64,000 nt of DNA from Candidatus Abzuiibacterium crystallinum. GTDB taxonomy: Bacteria > Omnitrophota > Omnitrophia > Omnitrophales > Abzuiibacteriaceae. Positions 55,869 to 64,000 of the stretch are shown piece after piece. A program made the translations under genes and the position numbers. The stretch covers positions 1,286 to 65,285 of the forward strand of contig PCVY01000065.1 in the NCBI GenBank assembly GCA_002787155.1. The letters run 5' to 3'. Within the stretch, counting starts at the first letter, position 1. Every line of letters starts with the position of its first letter. The notes under the pieces were generated by a model. That model worked only from the letters and a program-made list of their open reading frames with translations. It did not search any database and was not told where the DNA came from.

Positions 55869-56843
55869 ATGAAATCATGGCTGAACCTAAAAAAAAACAA
55901 TTGGGGCGTTACCCTTTATGAACTGCTTGCAGTCATTGTCATTGTGGGCATCATGGCAAGCGTCACTTATGCCACCTATACACGCCAAGCCCAGAAAAAT
56001 CAAAGGAAAGAAGCTGTTAAATTTATTCATTCTCTTTTAGACGGGGCACGTCTTTATGATATGCAGCACCCGCCCTCACTCACCGGAGACCGCACGCATC
56101 AAGATTGGATAGAAAATTGGAAAACGTATTTGGTTCAGTATGCCACAAGAGAGTTTGATTACTCGCCCCCCAATTCACCTATTTTATTAACCGGTCCTGA
56201 AAGCAAACGAAATAGTTATTTTTTTGATGAGGTGGACGGTAAATTACATATTTATGCCAACTATTCCAACATTCCCGTTTATGATTACGTGACTTGGGAC
56301 GGTCAAATTGGTGAAGAATCCGGCGGCGGTGTCGAATGTACGGCTAATGCGGAATGTTTTTCTGATTTTTGCACCACAGCAACTTGCGTTGACGGCACTT
56401 GTCAGTATGCTCCGCTCACCTGTGACGATGGCAATGAATGTACGGCAGACAGCTGCGATGACGCAATTGGATGTGTTTTTGATCCTGGTCCAAGAAACGG
56501 CGAAACTTGCGACGACGGCAACCAGTGTACCAATAACGGCACTTGTAATAATGGTGTTTGCGAACCCGGAAACAACCTGCCTGATAATACGCCTTGCGAC
56601 GACGGCAATCTCTGTACCTTGAACGACAAATGTTTAAGCGGCGCTTGTCTTGGCTCGGTAAAATCTTGCGTGCTGACCATTGGCACCCCTATTTGCCAAA
56701 GAACATCCTGCAATCCTGACACGGGTAATTGCGACCTGTATCCCGGCAATAACACCTCCTGCGATGACGGTGATCCTTGCAGCGATCCTGACTATTGCGA
56801 CGGTGCCGGGAATTGTATCGGCTCATCCCCTCCTTGCAACTAA
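55869..56843 (+). CDS. Prepilin-like protein fused to tandem cysteine-rich CDDGNxCTxxxC repeats
   Basis: The N-terminus NNWG|VTLYELLAVIVIVGIMASVTYA is a prepilin-like leader plus hydrophobic helix. The C-terminus carries about five ~30-aa repeats (CDDGNECTADSCDDAIGC, CDDGNQCTNNGTCNNGVC, CDDGNLCTLNDKCLSGAC…). They are visible in the DNA as tgcgacgacggcaa direct repeats at 56430-56650. Confidence 0.6.
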   Translation: MKSWLNLKKNNWGVTLYELLAVIVIVGIMASVTYATYTRQAQKNQRKEAVKFIHSLLDGARLYDMQHPPSLTGDRTHQDWIENWKTYLVQYATREFDYSPPNSPILLTGPESKRNSYFFDEVDGKLHIYANYSNIPVYDYVTWDGQIGEESGGGVECTANAECFSDFCTTATCVDGTCQYAPLTCDDGNECTADSCDDAIGCVFDPGPRNGETCDDGNQCTNNGTCNNGVCEPGNNLPDNTPCDDGNLCTLNDKCLSGACLGSVKSCVLTIGTPICQRTSCNPDTGNCDLYPGNNTSCDDGDPCSDPDYCDGAGNCIGSSPPCN

Positions 56844-56937
56844 GATTGAGTTACAATTTTAATCGAAAAAAATAATCGCAATTATCCCCGCATTTCAGTA
56901 TAATCTCAACTCGTTGGTTTTTTAACTCCTAGAAAAT

Positions 56938-58350
56938 ATGAAAACACCTTTTAAGACACCTTTTATCATTGTTTGCATTTTAGCGGCTGTGGCTGCGTGG
57001 TGCGCTCATCTCCAATTTGACACCAAACAAATCATCAGCACCTCTATTTTTCTTCTTATCATTTGCGGTACTCTTTTCTATTGGCGCTTCCGTTTGGCAT
57101 TTGCATTCAGCGGCATTGCTGTTTTATTGGGTGCCGGTCTTCTGGATATTCCGCACGTCATTGAATTTGCAGGACTTGATATTATTCTTTTCTTGGTCGG
57201 CATGATGACAATCGTCGGTTTTCTGGAAGAAAGTCATTTCTTTGAGTATTTGGTTGCCAAAGTCGTGGATAACGTGGGTGAACGGCCCTATTTATTGATG
57301 ACCGTCTTAATGGTTATGTCGTCCATCTTTGCCGCTTTGGTGGATGAAGTCACTTCTATTTTGTTTATGATGTCTACTATTTTCCACATCACAAAGCGTT
57401 ACAAAGTAAACCCCATTCCTTTTATTTTAATGGTTGTTTTTGCGACTAACATCGGCAGCAGCGCCACGGCAGTCGGCAACCCGATTGGCGTCATGATCGC
57501 GCTTCGCGCCCAATTGTCTTTTTTGGACTTTTTACGCTGGGCATCTCCCGTCTCCCTTGTTTGTTTAATGATTACCATTCCTGTTTGCTTTTTCTTATTT
57601 AATAAGGAAATGGGTGAATTAAAAGAAAAAATGAGGAAGAGAGGCAATGAGCCTCATGAACTTCGTCACGTTGCATATACCAAATCAGGCATTCAAGTCT
57701 GCTGGGCGCTTTTTGGTGCCACGGTGGTTTGTTTGGTCATGCATCACCCAATAGAACATTTGCTTCATTTGGAGAAAAATACCCTTTTGATTGGTACGGC
57801 TCTTTTCTTCGCATCCATTGCCATTGTGATGAAAGCCGGTGAAGCGCGCGACTTTTTCATGCGGCGCGTCGATTGGTGGACACTCACCTTCTTTATGGCC
57901 CTTTTTGCATCCGTCGGCACTTTAAAATATGTGGGTGTGACAGAACGAATTGCCGAGATGATGATTGCAACTTCTCAATCCGGCGGACACACCATGCTGT
58001 TGAATATCTTTACAGCTGCCATTTGTTTATTAACAGGCTTTATGGATAACGTGCTCGCAGTAGCTACCTTTATCCCTATTCTTTCGGACATTGAGAAAGC
58101 TGGCGTCTACATTTTTCCCTTTTGGTGGGCCATGTTATTCGGCGGCACCATGTATGGCAACTTAACTGTCATTGGCTCAACAGCTAATATTGTCGCCATG
58201 GGTATGCTTGAAAAAGAATCAAACGAACACATCACTTTTATGCGTTGGTTAAAACCAGGATTTGTGGTTGCCACATTGACGATTGTGGTGGCCATGGCGA
58301 TTCTCTATATGCAATTTCCGCTGATGCCCGGTCATCCGGAGCATTTTTAA
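56938..58350 (+). CDS. ArsB/NhaD-superfamily ion transporter (Na+/H+ antiporter NhaD-like or anion permease)
   Basis: 470 aa, about 12 TM helices with two re-entrant-type repeats (…GSSATAVGNPIGVMIA… and …NLTVIGSTANIVAMGM…). Confidence 0.55.
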   Translation: MKTPFKTPFIIVCILAAVAAWCAHLQFDTKQIISTSIFLLIICGTLFYWRFRLAFAFSGIAVLLGAGLLDIPHVIEFAGLDIILFLVGMMTIVGFLEESHFFEYLVAKVVDNVGERPYLLMTVLMVMSSIFAALVDEVTSILFMMSTIFHITKRYKVNPIPFILMVVFATNIGSSATAVGNPIGVMIALRAQLSFLDFLRWASPVSLVCLMITIPVCFFLFNKEMGELKEKMRKRGNEPHELRHVAYTKSGIQVCWALFGATVVCLVMHHPIEHLLHLEKNTLLIGTALFFASIAIVMKAGEARDFFMRRVDWWTLTFFMALFASVGTLKYVGVTERIAEMMIATSQSGGHTMLLNIFTAAICLLTGFMDNVLAVATFIPILSDIEKAGVYIFPFWWAMLFGGTMYGNLTVIGSTANIVAMGMLEKESNEHITFMRWLKPGFVVATLTIVVAMAILYMQFPLMPGHPEHF

Positions 58351-58483
58351 GCACTGTTCAGCATTTTTCTACTTTCTTTTTTACCCCTTTTTCATTATAA
58401 TAAATAATCTTTTTAAGGGTAACGAAACAAGCATGGTTCCCTTGATGCTCATACCCGGACTGATTCGAAACTAACCCTGTTCC

Positions 58484-58741
58484 ATGACAATGAAAAATAA
58501 CCAAAGTCGGGATGAGAATCCGCTGCATGGACTTCGCCATATTGGCATATTAACATCCATTCCTATGGTTATGGTGGCAGGTTTAGCAGTCGGTTATTAT
58601 GCTGGGGCTTGGTTGGATCGTTTGCTTGGTTCGGATCCTTGGGGGAAAATGACAGTTAGTATTTTAGGGGTAGCAGCAGGCATCAAACAAAGTATCCGCC
58701 TCATTCGTGAGTCGGCAAAAGATAACGACGCAACCGATTAA
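58484..58741 (+). CDS. atpZ: AtpZ/AtpI-family small membrane protein of the ATP synthase operon
   Basis: 85 aa, two TM helices (…LTSIPMVMVAGLAVGYYAGAWLDRLLG…), directly upstream of atpB. Confidence 0.6.
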   Translation: MTMKNNQSRDENPLHGLRHIGILTSIPMVMVAGLAVGYYAGAWLDRLLGSDPWGKMTVSILGVAAGIKQSIRLIRESAKDNDATD

Positions 58742-58747
58742 GTCCCT

Positions 58748-59614
58748 ATGATAAAATTTGCTTACGCAGCCTCAGAACATGCTGCAGAAACTGTTCACGA
58801 AACTGCCCATTTGGCAAGTGAGCACGCTGCTCAAACCGAACATGCCGTTAAACACTTAGCCAATTTTCTCACACCTATTATTGAAAAACTGCACGGAACC
58901 CCTTTGGGAGATTTTCTTCACCGCTGGGAAACAGTCATTTTTTCATGGCTTGCTGCAATTGTCATTTCGATTATATTTACCCTTGGTTCGCGAAAACAGA
59001 CTTTAATTCCTGAAGGTTTTCAAAATTTCATCGAGACCATTGTAGAGGCGATGGAAAATATGGTGACCGGCATTATCGGCTCCAAAGGACGTGCTTACGT
59101 ACCTTTCATTGGCACCTTGTTTATTTATATTTTTGTTCAGAATTGGCTGGGTTTGGTACCGGGCATGATGTCACCCACGACAAACATTAATACCACCGCA
59201 GGATTGGCTATCTGCGTCTTCTTTTACGTCCAGTTTATTGGGTTGCGGGAAAACGGGCTCAAAGGTTATCTGCTCCATTTGATGGGCAGCCCCAATGATG
59301 CCATTGGCTGGTGCATGGTCCCTCTAAACTTACCGCTCCATATTTTAGAAGAATTTATACGCCCCCTGAGTTTGGCGCTTCGTTTATTCGGCAATATTTT
59401 TGGGGAAGAAACACTCATTGCCGTTTTTGCCGGTTTCGGTATTTTAGCGCTTTCATTTTTCCATAGCCCGGTGGGCTTGCCCTTACAGGTGCCTTTTATG
59501 ATGCTTTCTATGTTGTTAGGCACCATTCAAGCGCTGGTATTTGCCCTTTTAAGCACGATTTACATTGCTTTGATGTTGCCGCATGATCACGAAGAAACTC
59601 ATGCGCATACGTGA
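58748..59614 (+). CDS. atpB: F0F1 ATP synthase subunit a with His/Ala-rich N-terminal extension
   Basis: Conserved …LSLALRLFGNIFGEE… Arg helix. The N-terminal ~35 aa carry repeated EHAAxTxHE motifs. Confidence 0.9.
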   Translation: MIKFAYAASEHAAETVHETAHLASEHAAQTEHAVKHLANFLTPIIEKLHGTPLGDFLHRWETVIFSWLAAIVISIIFTLGSRKQTLIPEGFQNFIETIVEAMENMVTGIIGSKGRAYVPFIGTLFIYIFVQNWLGLVPGMMSPTTNINTTAGLAICVFFYVQFIGLRENGLKGYLLHLMGSPNDAIGWCMVPLNLPLHILEEFIRPLSLALRLFGNIFGEETLIAVFAGFGILALSFFHSPVGLPLQVPFMMLSMLLGTIQALVFALLSTIYIALMLPHDHEETHAHT

Positions 59615-59724
59615 GAAATAAAAAAATAAGAGGAGAGAGTAGAAAGTAGAGAGATAATCGCTGCGGTGTTTTTCTCCCTACCCTCTTCTCTCTACTTGCT
59701 ACTATAACTAAAACGGAGGTTAAA

Positions 59725-59952
59725 ATGAGCTTAGGTTTATCTTGGACATTACCAATCGCAGTATCCATTGCTGCATTTGGTTGCGCACTTGGTTTAGCAA
59801 AAGCAGTCTCGGCTGCGATGGAAGCCATGGGCAGACAACCGGAAGCAGCCAACAAAATTCAAACCGGCATGATCATCGGCTGTGCTTTTATCGAAGCGTT
59901 AACGATTTATGCCCTTTTGGTTGTCTTTATTTTGCAAGGCAAGCTTGCTTAA
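59725..59952 (+). CDS. atpE: F0F1 ATP synthase subunit c
   Basis: 75 aa hairpin with a conserved carboxylate in …GCAFIEALTIYALL…. GGAGGT ribosome-binding site. Confidence 0.9.
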   Translation: MSLGLSWTLPIAVSIAAFGCALGLAKAVSAAMEAMGRQPEAANKIQTGMIIGCAFIEALTIYALLVVFILQGKLA

Positions 59953-59969
59953 TTAGCTAGCAGATTCCT

Positions 59970-60473
59970 ATGGATGTCTCGATTCAGGAAATCTTAACAC
60001 AAGCATTCGGATTTGCGGTTCTCTTCTGGATTATGAAGAAATACGCCTGGAAACCCATTTTAGATCTTTTGGAATCCCGGCGGACGAAGATTTCATCTAG
60101 TTTCGAAGAGATTGACAAAACCAAAAAAGAGCTTGAAACACTTCAAAATAATTATACGGCCCGCCTGGCGCATATCGAAGAAGAGTCTCGCGTCAAAATT
60201 CAAGCAGCGATTCAAGACGGCAAGCAAATGGCTCGTGAAATTCAAGAGCAAGCCCGCACCCAGGCCAAAGACATTTTGGACAAGGCCAAGCAAGATATTG
60301 AATTAGAGGCCGATAAAGCGCGTGTGACGCTCCGAAAAGAAATTGTTGACCTTGTGTTTGCCGCCACGGAGAAAGTCGTGCATGAAAAACTTTCCGGCCA
60401 GAAAGATGAAGAAACCATTATTAAATTTGTCAAAGAACTTGAAGCCTCTCAAGAACCGCTGATGGACTCATGA
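59970..60473 (+). CDS. atpF: F0F1 ATP synthase subunit b
   Basis: N-terminal TM helix plus a long charged helix. 167 aa. Confidence 0.85.
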   Translation: MDVSIQEILTQAFGFAVLFWIMKKYAWKPILDLLESRRTKISSSFEEIDKTKKELETLQNNYTARLAHIEEESRVKIQAAIQDGKQMAREIQEQARTQAKDILDKAKQDIELEADKARVTLRKEIVDLVFAATEKVVHEKLSGQKDEETIIKFVKELEASQEPLMDS

Positions 60474-61015
60474 AAAATCGTGCCCTATCGATGCGCTATG
60501 CCAAAGCGCTCTTCGAGTTAGCGGAAAAACAAAAACTCGAAATCAATGTTGAGAATGATTTGCGTACTTTTTTGACAGCAGTCAAAAAAGATAAGGCTGA
60601 CGTCTTTTTTGAAAGCCCCCTCTTGACGCAGGACGAGAAAAAGGTCATTCTTCAGAAACTTCTGAAAGGCCGGACGTCTACTTTGATCATGAATTTTTTG
60701 TTCTTGCTGACCGCTAGTAAAAGATTTAATTTGCTTGGTTCCATTGCAGATGCTTATCACGAACTTTTAAATCAAAGCCGTCATTTTGAGGAAATTGTCA
60801 TCACAACGGCAAGGCCGCTGAAACCGGCTTTGCGAGAGTCATTAGAAAAAATGATTGCTAAAAAATTAGGGGAAAAGGTAATCTCACAATCGAAAGTCAA
60901 CCCTTCCCTTTTAGGGGGTATTTCCATACAAATCCGTAATCGATTGTTCGACGGTTCTTTGCGGACCCAGTTAAATTTATTAAAAAAACAAATGATAGGA
61001 TTAGCAACCGATTGA
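60470..61015 (+). CDS. atpH: F0F1 ATP synthase subunit delta (OSCP)
   Basis: 181 aa. Position and composition are typical, and it overlaps the atpF stop. Confidence 0.85.
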   Translation: MKNRALSMRYAKALFELAEKQKLEINVENDLRTFLTAVKKDKADVFFESPLLTQDEKKVILQKLLKGRTSTLIMNFLFLLTASKRFNLLGSIADAYHELLNQSRHFEEIVITTARPLKPALRESLEKMIAKKLGEKVISQSKVNPSLLGGISIQIRNRLFDGSLRTQLNLLKKQMIGLATD

Positions 61016-61030
61016 AGAGGTTATGACATT

Positions 61031-62541
61031 ATGCTGAAACCGGAAGAAGTCACATTTGCCATTAAAAAAGAAATTGAGAAATATGAATCCAAACTCAAAA
61101 TGGATTCGGTGGGTTATGTGCTGCAAGTCGGCGACGGGATTGCGCGCGTGTACGGTTTGGATGATGTGATGGCAAGTGAATTGGTTGAATTTGCGGATGG
61201 AACCACCGGTTTGGCGCTTAATCTTGAAACTAATAATGTCGGTGTCGTGATTTTAGGATCTGACCGCCAAATTAAGGAAGGCGGCCAGGTAAAACGCACG
61301 GGTAAAATTGCACAAGTACCGGCGGGAAAAGCTTTGGTGGGCCGTGTGGTAAACCCCATCGGAGAACCGCTTGACGGCAAAGGCCCGATTGTTTCTGACA
61401 TCATCCGCCCAATTGAATTTGCGCCGCCCAATGTCATTGAACGCCAGCCCGTTAAAGAACCGCTCGAGACGGGCATTAAAGCCATTGATGCCATGATTCC
61501 CATCGGCCGCGGGCAACGAGAGTTGATTATTGGCGACCGGCAAACCGGTAAAACGGCTATTGCAATTGACACCATCATCAACCAAAAAGGTAAAGGCGTT
61601 TATTGTTTTTACGTGGCCATCGGTCAAAAAATGTCCAGTGTTGTGAGCATGGTAGATGTCTTGGAAAAACATGGTGCTATGGAATATACCACGGTTGTGG
61701 TCGCTGCCTCAGAAGACCCGGCTCCTTTGCAATACTTGGCACCTTATGCCGGTTGCGCTATGGGTGAAGCTTGGCTTTATAACGGCGGTCATGCGCTTTG
61801 TATTTATGACGATTTGTCTAAACATGCGCAAGCTTACAGGCAATTGTCTCTTTTGCTGCAACGCCCGCCAGGACGTGAAGCGTATCCGGGAGATGTCTTT
61901 TATTTACATTCCAGATTATTAGAACGTGCTTCTAAATTGCACGAATCCAAAGGCGGGGGTTCGTTAACAGCGCTTCCTATCATCGAAACGCAAGCCGGTG
62001 ACGTTTCTGCTTACATTCCCACCAATGTCATCTCGATTACAGACGGTCAAATTTATTTAGAACCAGATCTTTTCTTTGCCGGTGTCAGACCCGCCATCAA
62101 CGTCGGATTGTCTGTTTCGCGTGTCGGCGGCAACGCTCAAACCAAAGCCATGAAACAAGTGGCCGGCATGCTGCGGCTTGGATTAGCTCAATACCGTGAA
62201 TTAGCTGCTTTTTCTCAATTATCGGCTGATTTGGATAAGTCTACCCAACAACAATTGAAACACGGCGAGAAAATGGTGGAACTCCTGAAACAAGACATCC
62301 TCTCCCCTGTCTCACTTGCCCACCAGGTGGCGTCCATTTTTTCCGGTACGCAACATTACTTAGATGATCTGAAAAATGATCAGGTAGGATCATTTATAGC
62401 AGGTTTGCTTGAATTCATCGATCAAAAATATTCAAACATCCTGCACAAGATCTTGAGTGAGAAGAAAATAAGCGACGAAATAGAGCAAAACCTTCATCAA
62501 GCCATCAAAGCTTACAAAGCAGAATTTACAAAGAATAAAGT

Positions 62542-62545
<4 letters not shown>
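61031..62545 (+). CDS. atpA: F0F1 ATP synthase subunit alpha
   Basis: Walker A GDRQTGKT and …DDLSKHA… motifs. 504 aa. Confidence 0.95.

Positions 62546-64000
<1,455 letters not shown>

Noticed and set aside
58425-58475. tRNA-like or T-arm-like GATTCGAAAC segment upstream of atpZ
   Set aside because: No cloverleaf can be drawn. The flanking segments are not complementary, there is no acceptor stem, and the region looks like a promoter (TATAAT nearby).

Overview
This 64 kb window comes from a Gram-negative (diderm) bacterium of moderate GC (roughly mid-40s %). It is almost entirely coding. The protein content (11-subunit complex I, F-type ATP synthase, type IV pili) fits an uncultivated free-living or host/prey-associated lineage, but I cannot assign a taxon from the sequence alone. 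Most of the window is housekeeping: queG and nth, PolX, glmS, accA, an L,D-transpeptidase, yifB/comM, a peroxiredoxin, nuoABCDIHJKLMN and atpZBEFHAGD. I saw no CRISPR array, rRNA or convincing tRNA. Three regions stand out. (i) A (+)-strand locus at 2.8-9.8 kb encodes an Omp85-family outer-membrane barrel, a Sec-exported lipoprotein with phosphoinositide 3/4-kinase-like catalytic motifs, a nucleotide-transporter (ATP/ADP-translocase family) protein fused to a HEAT-repeat domain, a lipoprotein and an EEP-fold phosphoesterase. It ends at a REP-associated tyrosine transposase framed by REP palindromes. (ii) A 15 kb (-)-strand type IV pilus supercluster (14.3-29.6 kb) runs glmS, coiled-coil protein, a fused pilM-pilN gene, pilO, pilP, pilQ, pilB, a four-helix-bundle cassette with inverted repeats, pilC, pilA and two GT-C glycosyltransferases. 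(iii) A (+)-strand minor-pilin locus (49.8-56.8 kb) ends in a 1228-aa pilus-anchored cysteine-rich giant protein and a prepilin fused to tandem CDDGNxCT cysteine-rich repeats. Together these look like an uncharacterised surface adhesion and host-interaction apparatus. All functional calls rest on motifs I read directly in the translations; no database search was possible.
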